Assembly: GCF_001194135.2 (NCBI RefSeq)
Contig: NC_068991.1
Coordinates: 45,449,810 to 45,486,206 of the forward strand
Length of the DNA: 36,397 bases
Source: Octopus bimaculoides
Lineage: Eukaryota
Reading direction: 5' to 3'
Under the pieces are notes generated by a model that was not told where the DNA came from, made no database searches, and saw only the letters and a program-made list of their open reading frames with translations. Below, piece by piece: positions 23,758 to 34,520 of the stretch (its first letter is position 1; every line of letters begins with the position of its first letter). Position numbers and translations under genes: made by a program.

Positions 23758-24092
23758 GTGAAGGCACATGGCTCAGTGGTTAAAGCGTCAGGCTCACAAT
23801 CATGTGGTAATGAGTTCGATTCCTGGACTGGGTTCTGTGTTGTGTTCTTGAGCAAGATACTTTTTCACATTACTCTAGCTGTTGAAATGAGTTGCGAAGT
23901 CACTGGTGCCAAGCTGTATCAGCCTTTGCCTTTCCCTTGGATGACATCGATGGCATGCAGAAGGGAGGCTGGTATGCATGGGTGACTGCTGGTCTTCCAT
24001 AAACAACCTAGCCTGGACTTGTGCCTCGGAGGGTAACTTTCTAGTTGCAATCTCATGGTCATTCATGACCGAAGGGGCTCCTTTCCTTTATG
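23758..24092 (+). mobile_element. tRNA-headed SINE (family B)
   Basis: A-box tggctcagtggttaaag and B-box gagttcgattcc. The body is shared with 9998-10310. Confidence 0.85.
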
Positions 24093-24299
24093 TCTCGGAT
24101 TACACTATCCAAAGTGTCCTTTATTTAATTTTTTCTTTAGGTTGGCAGGATGCGATTAGATTTGGCTGCTGCCTCTAGCAGGTTGAGGGACCATGTACAA
24201 CCCCCTTTGTTACTTTGTTGTGGTGATTGTTGGTGTTATGACAAAATTTTGCAAATGATCTGATCAATCTCTTTACCAATCAATGTTTTATTCTTGCAG

Positions 24300-24363
24300 C
24301 CTGAAAAAACTGAAGCAGATTCCCAATTTCTTAAATTTGGTCAGGCGTTTTTTAAACAGAAAG
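24300..24363 (+). CDS. CLSPN: Claspin exon, PEKTEADSQFLKFGQAFFKQK
   Basis: ttcttgcag acceptor and gtaata donor at 24364. DSQFL matches human EDSQFM. It runs phase 0 in and phase 1 out. Confidence 0.88.
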
Positions 24364-24365
24364 GT

Positions 24366-24595
24366 AATAATAGTAATAATCTTTTCTACTAAAGGGACAA
24401 GGGCAGCAATTTTGGGAAAGGGGTTAAGCTGATTTTATCAACCCCAGTGTTTCACTGGTATTTAACTTATCGACCCTTAAAGGATGAAAAGCAAAGTTGA
24501 CCTTGGCAGAATTTGAACTCGGAACATACTAATGGGCGAAATACTACTAAGCATTTCGTCCAGCATGTTAATGATTCTGCCAACTCACCTCCTTA
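24366..24595 (-). mobile_element. Antisense CORE-type SINE abutting the exon donor
   Basis: Reverse complement of the 12566 family (ttatcgaccc...gatgaaa...gaatttgaactc...ctgccaactcacc). Its tail starts within the gtaata donor context. Confidence 0.8.
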
Positions 24596-24603
24596 ACAAT
24601 ATC

Positions 24604-24641
<38 letters not shown>

Positions 24642-24645
<4 letters not shown>

Positions 24646-24985
24646 CAGTCAGAAAGTGCAAACCTCTGCCAATGCTAGCCAGAGATGATTTTTAAAATGA
24701 GAATATCTGAAATAAACTCAACTGCTCTCACAAACAAGAATACTAAAAATGAACCTGACTGCTGCCAAAAATTAAGTAAAAAAAACGGAAAAATAATCCA
24801 GAATCCTTGTCTGGTGTTGGATCGATCCCAAAATCTAATCAGTTCATGCCATTCACGAGGCCAAACATCCTTGAAAGTTTCATTCGAATCCACCCAGCAG
24901 TTCTTGAGATATCTTGTCCATGGACAAACAAACAAACAAATGCGACTGCAAACAATACCTCTGCCTTCACTAAGGCAGAGGTAAA
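24642..24985. mobile_element. Helentron/DINE-1-like non-autonomous element
   Basis: Terminal 12-bp hairpin tacctctgcctt-cact-aaggcagaggta (24956-24983), a subterminal copy acctctgcc at 24662-24670 and an internal (AAAC)n tract. It sits in AT-rich (AAT)n sequence. Confidence 0.65.
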
Positions 24986-25203
24986 AATAATAATTAGTTT
25001 CAAATTTTCGAACAAGGTGAGCAATTTTGGAGGAAGGGTTAAGTCAATTACATTGACCTCTGTAATCAACTGCTACTTATTTTATCGACCCCGAAAGTAT
25101 GTAAGGTAAATTGGACCTCAACCGAATTTGAACTTAGAACACAAAGATGGATGAAATACTGCGAAACATTTTACCCAGTGTGCTAGTGATTCTGCCAGTT
25201 CAC
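24986..25203 (-). mobile_element. Antisense CORE-type SINE
   Basis: Reverse-complement core ttttatcgaccccgaaag...gaatttgaactt and head ctgccagttcac. Confidence 0.75.
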
Positions 25204-25206
25204 TTT

Positions 25207-25404
25207 GTGGTTGGTACACTGGGAGCAATTACTAAAGGGTTGGATGCATAGGAATTACCATCCACAGAGAACAGCCTTGTTAGGAACAAGCAAGGATACT
25301 AAAGAGGGTGTTAGAAAGTTGAAGTAGTAATGACCCAAAGGACCTTTGGCCATTGGTTGTGGCTTGCTCTTTTGGTATAGTGTTGGTCCAAGAAATAATA
25401 ATAA
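25207..25404 (+). mobile_element. R4/Dong-like LINE 3' end with (AAT)n tail
   Basis: VVGTLGAITKGLD followed by TALLGT-ARILKRVLE (one frameshift), a short UTR and aataataataat. Confidence 0.75.
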
Positions 25405-26887
25405 TTTGTTAAATCTCAGTTTCACTTGTCATTTAGTACAATTTGATATTATAACCTTGTTATGCTCAGCCAATCAGCTAGTCCAACAAAGCAAGCGTCT
25501 TAATTTCAGGTAGATGATGATGTACTGAAAAATAATTTTCACTTAATTGAAATTTCTGTCTTGGAGTAAGCAAGCAAAAGCCTAAAGGCAATTATTTGTG
25601 ACCTACTTGTGGTGTGTTTAAAAAAATATATATACATTTATATCTCTGAGTGAAATTATTACTCAGAGGCACCATCTGCATGGCAAACAATGTTAAGTTA
25701 CTACTGTTAATATTATTTAATGTAGAGAACTAAACAAAACTAATTTACACTCTTCATTAAATATATTAATACTTATTTAACCATTGCTTCAAGAAATATT
25801 ATTTGAAGTTTGCACTGTTTTTGTTTTATTTGAAGCATTGAACATGTCTTAAGTTTGTAGAATTTCCTGATAATCTGAGCAATTTCAGAATCCTATAGAC
25901 TGATTTCTTGTTGCCTGTGGGTCTAAGTAGACCCACAAGAAGATTTAAAGAGAGTAATTTCCTTTGTAATAAGCCTTTTCATTCTATTGCAAGGTACAAA
26001 TTTGCATTAACTGAAATATATGCTTGTTACTTGACTGGCTTGAAATAGTAAGATCCTCAGAACAGATCCTACCCCACCCATTAGCCTGCAGAAGAAGGTT
26101 ACTAGAAATCCAATGGGACAAAAACAAGATTTATCAGAAGGCTGGATGAACCCAACAAAGGGTCATCTGTATCTAGTTATAAAATTTTGGGACATCAGAC
26201 ACTTGAGATAATGAACAAGCACACTGAAAGACTACTTGTCAGAACCTGTCTAGGAGAAGAGTAAATTGGCTTCTTTAGAGCTATCTAGTAACAGAAAATT
26301 CTGAATTCAAACCCTTCTTCCATTGGTCCTCTTGATTGGAATGAGAGTTTGGTATGAATTGCTATCACTTTTATTTTGTTCCATTGATTTGGAAAATCTG
26401 CCTTAACAAATCCGTGTAACCCATGCAGGCATGGAGAAGTAGATGTTAGATGATGATATTTTGGTTAGTAATGTGGTGTCTTGCCACTTGTGGTAGGAGA
26501 TACTGCATTGGTCAGTAGAGTAGGACCTTGCACTTGGTGAAAGCCACTTCCATTTCCTAAACATTCAATGAAACAAGACCAAATTCTTGGCTATATTTGG
26601 GTAGAACATTTAAAATACACTTGTCTAAGTTCATCTAGCTAATTGCTGAAGGATGGTACCTCCAGATTCTGTGAGAATGCTTTTTGAGATGAACTAGCTT
26701 TCTAGTTCATTTCAAAAAATTTTGCTTGTTTCAATTCCAACCAACCAAACAGCTAACACTTAAAAATAATCAATATTTTGTTGTGGTATATTAAGTGTTT
26801 ATCACAAAGTTTGTAGATATATTTTTATTTTTTATGCCTTTCAAATTCCTTATAATTAATTTGTATTTTTATTTCTACATCTTTCAG

Positions 26888-26964
26888 GAAAACAGCTTGA
26901 TAAAAGAGACAGTGAGTCGAAGATTGTCACCAAAGTTCCGAGCCGAACAATAGAAAGAAGTAGG
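26888..26964 (+). CDS. CLSPN: Claspin exon, (G)KQLDKRDSESKIVTKVPSRTIERSR
   Basis: Long pyrimidine tract plus ctttcag, and gtaaga donor at 26965. The frame is open and phases fit both neighbours. The sequence is poorly conserved. Confidence 0.82.
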
Positions 26965-27551
26965 GTAAGAACATATCTCAAAACCTTATAAAATTCTATC
27001 CTCTCTGGTCCTTTTTCCCCATTCTATATACATTTGTACTTTATATTTTTATTCTATTCATTTTTTTATTTTTTTTGTCAGAGACCCCTGAAATTTTATA
27101 ATGAGAGAAACTTTTGATGCTTATGATGCTCCTTCAAATATTAATAGTTTAAATCAGGGACCCCTTTATATTTCAGGCTTTACCTTAGGGACCCCCTTAT
27201 AAACACTTATGAAATTTATACATAAATATTTACTTAAAATAACATATTTTTACATTTATTTATTTAACAGTATTTAACAAATAGGTTTATTGTCAATTAA
27301 AAGATTTCGATTAAAAAACATATGTAAAATCAAATTGCCCATAAAAAGCATTTGCTGTCTACGGACCCCACTGTCTTGTCCTTGCGGACCACAGTTTGAA
27401 AACCCCTGGTTTAAATGAATTAGATTCAACTAGAAATTGAAACCACACCATACAGTCTCAGTGACATGTCACCACTCTTCCTTTTTCCTTTATATTAGTG
27501 TTTGATTTTAGTGTTTTGTAATTGATAATTGTTGGTGTTATCTGTTTGTAG

Positions 27552-27710
27552 AGTTTAACAACCAAGGGTTCATTCCTCAACCGAAGCAATGACTGCCTGG
27601 CCAAAATCGCAGAGCTAACCAAACCTGTCTCCAATCCAACCATAGCCAATAAGGTCAATGGCCGCAATTTTGTCTTCTCTGTGGTCAATGCTGAAGAAAC
27701 TTCAACCCCT
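27552..27710 (+). CDS. CLSPN: Claspin exon, SLTTKGSFLNRSNDCLAKIAELTKPVSNPTIANKVNGRNFVFSVVNAEETSTP
   Basis: tttgtag acceptor and gtgagt donor at 27711. It matches human KTGSLLNQPKAVLQKLAAL...NSRNFVF. Confidence 0.95.
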
Positions 27711-28927
27711 GTGAGTTTTCATTTTAAATACTTATCTCTGTGTATTTCATTTTATTTATTTCCCCTTCATATATGTCTCATCATCATCATCATTGTCTTA
27801 ATGTCCACTTTTCTATATTTGCATGAGTCAGATGAAACTGTTAGGGTAGATTTTCTATGATAGTTGAAAGGCCTGGATGTCAACCTTACACCTGTTTCTA
27901 AGCAAGTAATATCCACCCTGGCTTGACATATTTATGCAGTGGATTGGAAATGGATTGGAATGACACTGCCTACATGATAGTAATACACACTCAATCACAT
28001 TATGTCTAGACAAGAAGGCACACACACTCATACATGTCTTCATTTGATGTCTGTCTTCCATACTGGCATTGGTTGGGTGGTTTGACTGGGGCTGGTTTGC
28101 CAAAACACTGTGCCATGTTTCACTGTCTGCTTTGGCATGGTTTTTATAGCTGGATGCCCTTTCAAGTGCCAACCACTTTAATGAGTGGACTGGGTGCTAT
28201 TTACATTGCATCAGTACTGGCAAGGTCTGCTTTAGCATGGTTTATGTTGCACTAGCACCTGTGAGGTCTGCTTTGGCTTGGTTTTTTTTATGACTGGTTG
28301 CCCTTCCAAATGCCAACCATTTTACAGAGTGGATTCGATACTTTTTATGTGAATAATGAACTATGTGTGTGTGTGTGCGTATGGTGTGTTGCATTAATAT
28401 TTGCATGTGTACATTTTTCACATTTGTATCACTGGTTGTACACATTCTGTACTTTTGTGGAGTACAAATTTAATATTCTTAATCAAGAATGTTGTTGATA
28501 GTGACTGAAAGTTTGGTTAGTGAAGCCATTGTTGATTTGTTTGACTAACCCCTTCAAGATAGTACCCCAGTATGGCCACAGTTCAATGACTGAAACAGGA
28601 GTATGTACTCTGTTTGTCTTGACTTGCTTCTCCTGATTTTCATCCAAGTGTCTCTCTCCCTGTAAATGGTGTCATTTGTTTGTACTTCTCCTCAAAAGCA
28701 TTTCCAATCTGTTTGTTGTTTGATAGATTGGGGGAATTATTACCTTTCTTGGAAACAGGTGATGGTTGGTTTTAGAAAGAGCATCCGGTCATAAAAATTT
28801 CTGCTTTTTAATATAAAGTCTTGTCTAACTCAATTAAACATTGAAAAGTAGATAGCTAATCAGTGATTAAGATGATGATTGAACTAATTGAAAGCAAAAA
28901 TGTATTACCTTAAATCAGGGCATCAAC

Positions 28928-28977
<50 letters not shown>

Positions 28978-29049
28978 AATGCATACAATTAACATGCACT
29001 CAAGCACAACTTGTACTTGCAAATGTGTACACCCTGTGATACAAACGTG

Positions 29050-29294
29050 AAAAATGTAGTGCAGGAGTGGCTGTGTGGTAAGTAGCTTGCTTACCAACCA
29101 CATGGTTCTAGGTTCAGTCCCACTGCGTGGCACCTTGGGCAAGTGTCTTCTACTATAGTCTCGGGCCGACNNNNNNNNNNNNNNNNNNNNNNNNNNNNNN
29201 NNNNNNNNNNNNNNNNNNNNNNNNNNNNNNNNNNNNNNNNNNNNNNNNNNNNNNNNNNNNNNNNNNNNNNNNNNNNNNNNNNNNNNNNNNNNNN

Positions 29295-29339
<45 letters not shown>

Positions 29340-29535
29340 TTGTGTTTGTCCCCACACCATCGCTTGACAACCTATGCTGGTGTGTTTGCGTCCCCTTAAC
29401 TTAGCGGTTCGGCAAAAAGAGACCGATAGAATAAGTACTGGGCTTACAAGAAATAAGTCCTGGGGTCGATTAGCTCGACTAAAAGGTGGTGCTGCAGCAT
29501 GGCCGCAGTCAAATGACTGAAACAAGTAAAAGAGA
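29050..29535 (+). mobile_element. Family A SINE, near full length, interrupted by a gap
   Basis: Head ggctgtgtggtaagtagcttgc...ggttcagtcccac. The 3' part matches 1-258. Confidence 0.85.
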
Positions 29536-29713
29536 GTATATGCAAATACTAATGGAACACACACACACCATGCGTACACACACACACACAGACACAGCGT
29601 ATTATTCATACATACAAAAAGAACATACACAGATACAAATGTATACAGATGTGTTTATAGATATTGCTAGAAGACCCTTGTTTTAAGAAATTCTCTAACA
29701 TTCAGCTTTTCAG

Positions 29714-29794
29714 AAGGCCATTGGACATGAAGACTTATGTAAGAATGGTAAGATAGAAGGACAATATTTCCTGGGACAGTTACCTGTTAATTAA
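29714..29794 (+). CDS. Candidate terminal Claspin exon, KAIGHEDLCKNGKIEGQYFLGQLPVN-stop
   Basis: Branchpoint-like ctaac at about 29695, cttttcag acceptor, a phase-0 open frame to TAA, then AT-rich sequence with ATTAAA at 29883. There is no clear similarity to known Claspin C-termini. Confidence 0.3.
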   Translation, partial: KAIGHEDLCKNGKIEGQYFLGQLPVN

Positions 29795-29924
29795 CTTGAT
29801 TTACAAATGTTGTATTCAATGTATTTCTTAATGTTTCAACTGTTTATTTAACACCTATTTAAAATGTTTTTTTGTTATTTAAATTAAAATTTTTACTTTA
29901 AGAAGTTCATTATTATTGATTGTG

Positions 29925-30144
29925 GACTGGCAGTCTTGTTAACGCATCGGAAAAATGCCTTGCTGTATTTGTTCTGACACTTTACACGTTCTGAGTTCAA
30001 GTCTTGCCAAGGTCAACCTTGCCTTTCATTCCTCTGCAGTCAATAAAATGAAGTACTAATTGAAAACTGACTTGTTGTAATCAGCTAAAACCTTCCCTTC
30101 AAAAAACTGTTGGCCCTGTGCCAAAATTTGAAACCATTATTATT

Positions 30145-30175
<31 letters not shown>

Positions 30176-30540
30176 AGATTCTACCAAGTTTGACTTCTCC
30201 TTTCATCGTTTTGGAGTCGATAAAATAAGTACCAGTTAAATACCAGGGTCAATGTAATCAACTTGCTCCCTTCCACCAAAATTTCAGGCCTTGTGCCAAT
30301 AGTAGAAAGATTATTATTATTAAGGTGGTGAGCTGGTATAATCATTAGCCAAGCAAAATACTTAGCGGTATCTCATCTGCCATTAGGTTTTGAGTTCGAA
30401 TTCTGACGAGATTGACTTTGCCTTTCATCCTTTCGGGTTCAATAAAATTACTACCAGTTACGTACTGGGGGTCGATGTAATTGACTTAATCCCTTCCCCC
30501 AAAATTTGAGGCCTTATGCTTCCAGTAGAAAGGATTATTA

Positions 30541-30583
<43 letters not shown>

Positions 30584-30805
30584 GGTGGTGAGCTGGTACA
30601 ATTGTTAGCATGCCAGGTGAAATGTTTAGTGGTATTTCGTCTGCCACTACATTCTGAGTTCAAATTTTGCCGAGGTTGACTTTACCTTTCATCCTTTCAG
30701 GGTCGATAAATTAAGTACCAGTTTAGTACTGGGGTCAATATAATCAACAATCCCCCTCTCCCAAATTTCAGGCTTAGTTCCTATAGTAGAAAGGATTATT
30801 ATTAT
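29925..30805 (+). mobile_element. Head-to-tail array of four CORE-type SINEs separated by (TTA)n
   Basis: The core tttgcctttcatcct...gtcaataaaat..gtaccag occurs at about 30020, 30195, 30420 and 30680. The tails are (ATT)n, and new heads taaggtggtgagctgg start at about 30321 and about 30581. Confidence 0.85.
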
Positions 30806-31024
30806 TGAATATAAGGCATAGGAGTTGAATAGATAAAGGTTTACAAAATGCCTTGAAACAGCCATCATGTGGTGTCTACAAGACAAGGCACAGGACTCTG
30901 TCTCAGTTTACCTGGCTAATAACTGGTACATTCCAATATCATTGAGTTAGAGTGGGACTAAGTATCTTGAGGATATGATGATCGTCTTTACTGCACTATT
31001 ATCCAGTTGTGCTGCAAGGACATG

Positions 31025-31393
31025 TGGAGGCGCAATGGCTCAGTGGTTAAGGCAGCGGACTCGCGGTTTCGATTCCCAGACCGGGCGTTGTGAGTGTTTA
31101 TTGAGCGAAAACACCTGAAGCTCCACGAGGCTCCGGCAGGGGATGGTGGTGAACCCTGCTGTATTCTTTCACCACAACTTTCTCTCACTCTTACTTCCTG
31201 TTTCTGTTGTGCCTGTAATTCAAAGGGTCAGCCTTATCACACTCTGTGTCACGCTGAATATCCCCGAGAACTACGTTAAGGGGTACACTTGTCTGTGGAG
31301 TGCTCAGCCACTTGCACGTTAATTTCACGAGCAGGCTGTTCCGTTGATCGGATCAACTGGAACCTTCGACGTCGTAAGCGACGGAGTGCCACG
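31025..31393 (+). mobile_element. tRNA-headed SINE (family C), young
   Basis: A-box tggctcagtggttaagg, B-box-like ggtttcgattcc, and CpG-rich sequence. The 3' part is found antisense at about 12240-12420. Confidence 0.75.
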
Positions 31394-32329
31394 AAGAAGC
31401 TGCAAGGACAATAATTCCAACCTATGCTGTAGCTGGGTAGTATTGCTGTTAATCCTTTTGATATCAACTGACTCGAAACTGCCACTGTTTCTGTAACACA
31501 AATTCTGTCTTGAAGCCCTCCATCACAATTCCATATTAGTTTATATTTCAAACACCAGATTAATAATGACAAAGTTATTTTAATAAATTCTTTATTAATT
31601 GAAACACTAGCAATATACTTCAGCCTAAATACAGTAACAAAAGGTTTTAGATTAAGATGATAAACCTGAAATACTAAACCTTTCTTTACTAATCCAACAT
31701 ATTCATTCAATGAATTTATTTTATTTTTATTATTTTGATTTATCAATTTTTCTTTCATTTAGAAGAAAATTTTCATTGTTGCTGGTTTTGTTTCTGTTCT
31801 TTACCAAATTAAATTTATTGTGAAATGTTCTCACATTTTTTTCTTTAACAAATTGGATTAATTCATAGAAAATTGTAAAGAATTTTTCCAATATCAGTTT
31901 CAATTTATCATAGCCTGTACCACTGTTTCCCACCCCCACTCCTGCATGCTTTGTTTGTGATGAAAAGAAAATGATTTTTCCCTTTCCAAATTCAATAATT
32001 CTGTTTGTATTCTGATAAATTGTTAAAATATTCAACTAATTACTCTATTAGTCAATGTTTATAATTTTTCTACATAAAAATCAGTGTACCAGTAAATTGT
32101 TGTTCAAATATTAGTCAATGTTGATAAAATTACTACCTGTGTCAATTAATTAACACAAAACATTTACCAATGTCATGTATTGTCTTCTATATGTTACCTT
32201 TAAATGTTTAAATAATTCCCCCAATGTTTTCTAGTTGATGTTGTTAATATTACTATTGATATCTCCTCTGGTAATGGTTTTCTGACAAACAAATGTCAGG
32301 TGGCTTTTCCCTCCAAAATATTAGAAAAA

Positions 32330-32786
32330 TTAACCTTTTAGCATTCAGACTACTTTTTTAAATGTAACGCTTATTTATTCACAATGTTTTTAATTAATCA
32401 TGTATTATCTCATAGTTTTGAAATTTCAATGATGTGATTATATATTTTTAGAATAATATTGTGGGGTATGTGTGAGAGGCCAGATCTAGCTGGTTTGAGC
32501 ATCATCATCATCATTTAATGTTTGCTTTCCATGCTGGCATGGGTTAGACAGTTTGACTGGAATCAGTAAGCCAGAGAGCTGTACCAAGTTCCAGTCTGAA
32601 TTTGGCTTGGTTTCTATGGCTGGATGCCCTTCCTAATGCCAACCACTCTAAGAGTGTAGTGAGTGCCTTTCATGTGTCACCAGTACAGGTGCTGTTATGA
32701 GTCACTGGTACTGGTCACAACTACGATTACATAAAACAGGTAAAATATTTAGACGTTATGGCCAGTTTAAATACTAAAAGGTTAAA
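32330..32786. mobile_element. piggyBac-type MITE (family 1) with a nested antisense (GAT)n retroposon at about 32500-32730
   Basis: Ends ttaaccttttagcatt and aatactaaaaggttaa. The internal sequence matches 5545-5753 once the insert is removed. Confidence 0.8.
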
Positions 32787-33476
32787 TATGGCAATCTGTC
32801 TATTTCCTTTTTAATCATTACATGACATTCCCATTAGTTGGTCCCTCTTCATGTGCCATACCTATGAGTGTGGCTATCATGGATCTCCATGCCAAAGCCT
32901 GGGGGAAAAAAAAATCAATGGTTTCTTGTTGCTTTCTACTGACAGTTTATTTACTCTGCTAATCTCCTACTCTCCTGAGCTTACTCTTTAGGCTCAGGGC
33001 CTCCAGTGGGACAAGTGTTGGTGGGTCAGCCTTTAGCCATAGGACTTTCTGTTATTTGACCAATAACTTGTGCCCTTGACGAATATTACCACCTCAAGCT
33101 GGAATTTACTTGGAAGTAGTGGTGACTAAGGGATAACTTCACAATTCTCCAAACTTCTGAGACACACACACTCACACATATACAACAGGCTTCTTTCAGC
33201 TTCTGTCTACCAAATCCACTCACAAGGCTTTGGTCGGCCTGAGGCAATAGTAGATGGTAATGATGGTGGTCGTGGTGATGCTGGTACGTGTTGGTGACAT
33301 GTAAAAGCCCCCAGTTCTAAGTAGTTGATACCATTAACATTTCACCACCATCTGCTAGAAGATCCCACTATGATTCCCACTGATGTCCTACAAATAAAAG
33401 TTGGTAGTGAAACCTCTTCACAACAAACTATAGGGTTTCCTACAAACGATACATTTCTCCATTCTTCAAAGTACCC

Positions 33477-33702
33477 TTAACCCTTTGGCATCCAGATTTC
33501 TCTGTCAAATGTAATGCATATTTATTCACATTGTTTTGAATTAATCATGCATTATCTTGTAGCTTTGAGATTTCAATGATATGATTGTTTATTTTTACAA
33601 TGACATTGGAGGATAGGTGTAAAAAGTCAAACCTGGCCAATTCGAACAAGACACAGGTAACATTTGGGCTGAATATGGCCGGTTTAAATGCTAAAGTGTT
33701 AA
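33477..33702. mobile_element. piggyBac-type MITE (family 1)
   Basis: ttaaccctttggcat ... atgctaaagtgttaa, with the internal sequence matching 5545-5753. Confidence 0.82.
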
Positions 33703-34130
33703 ATGAGAGAACAGATGTCCTCATGGTGAAGATAACTAGGACAGTCACTTTTATTTTTTTCCAAGAAACACTTGTTTAGTGAAGTATGCAAAGTGGTGAG
33801 GTATGAGGAAGTACTTGTTTGTCTTCAGTAGAGTGTGAACTCTTGACCTAATCGCCAGGCAACTAGTACCTTACTCCTTACCTACAGGATCATTTGACCG
33901 CTTGGTCACCTTGGATAGAATTTCAGTATCTACATGATGGATGGTTTCACATTAATATGTTTACTTGTATACCCCAACATTAACAACATTTTCATATTCA
34001 CTCTAACATATCTATATTTGCATCTATGCACACACCCACATATGCCTTAGAAGTTGGATTTTTTTCTTTTTTCTGAATATAAGACGTTTAAATACTGCCT
34101 CACTATGTATGTATTTCACTAACACCCACA

Positions 34131-34181
<51 letters not shown>

Positions 34182-34359
34182 CACTTTATACTTTATATAT
34201 ATATTAGTCACTTGCCTTTCTTGTTCTCTTTCTTGCTCCCTCTCTCTAGCTTTCTCTGTTTCCTTTTTCCTCTCTGTCTCCTTTCTTTTACCATCATATT
34301 TCATGTTTAGATAACACACCTCACCTGATTAACTCCCTTATTTCACTTCATAACAACTA

Positions 34360-34520
34360 TTATCACCATCAACACCATCATCACCACCTCACCAACAACA
34401 TTACCACCACCAACATCACCACCTCACCAACAACATTACCACCTCACCAACAACATTACCAACAACAACATCACCACCATCACCACCAGCAACATCACCA
34501 CTGTCACCACCACTAACGAC
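34360..34520. repeat. (CAC/CAA/CAT)n triplet low-complexity tract with repeated accacctcaccaacaacatt units
   Basis: Directly visible. (CT)n at 34138-34174 is nearby. Confidence 0.85.

Noticed and set aside
25207-30805. Idea that the R4/Dong-like LINE mobilises the (ATT)n-tailed CORE SINEs
   Set aside because: The sense-strand tails are opposite, (AAT)n for the LINE and (ATT)n for the SINE, and I see no shared 3' sequence.
31762-31860. Strong-looking acceptor (tttctttcatttag) as an alternative terminal Claspin exon, KKIFIVAGF...
   Set aside because: The product is hydrophobic and unlike Claspin. The T-richness is explained by the A-rich minus-strand tract.
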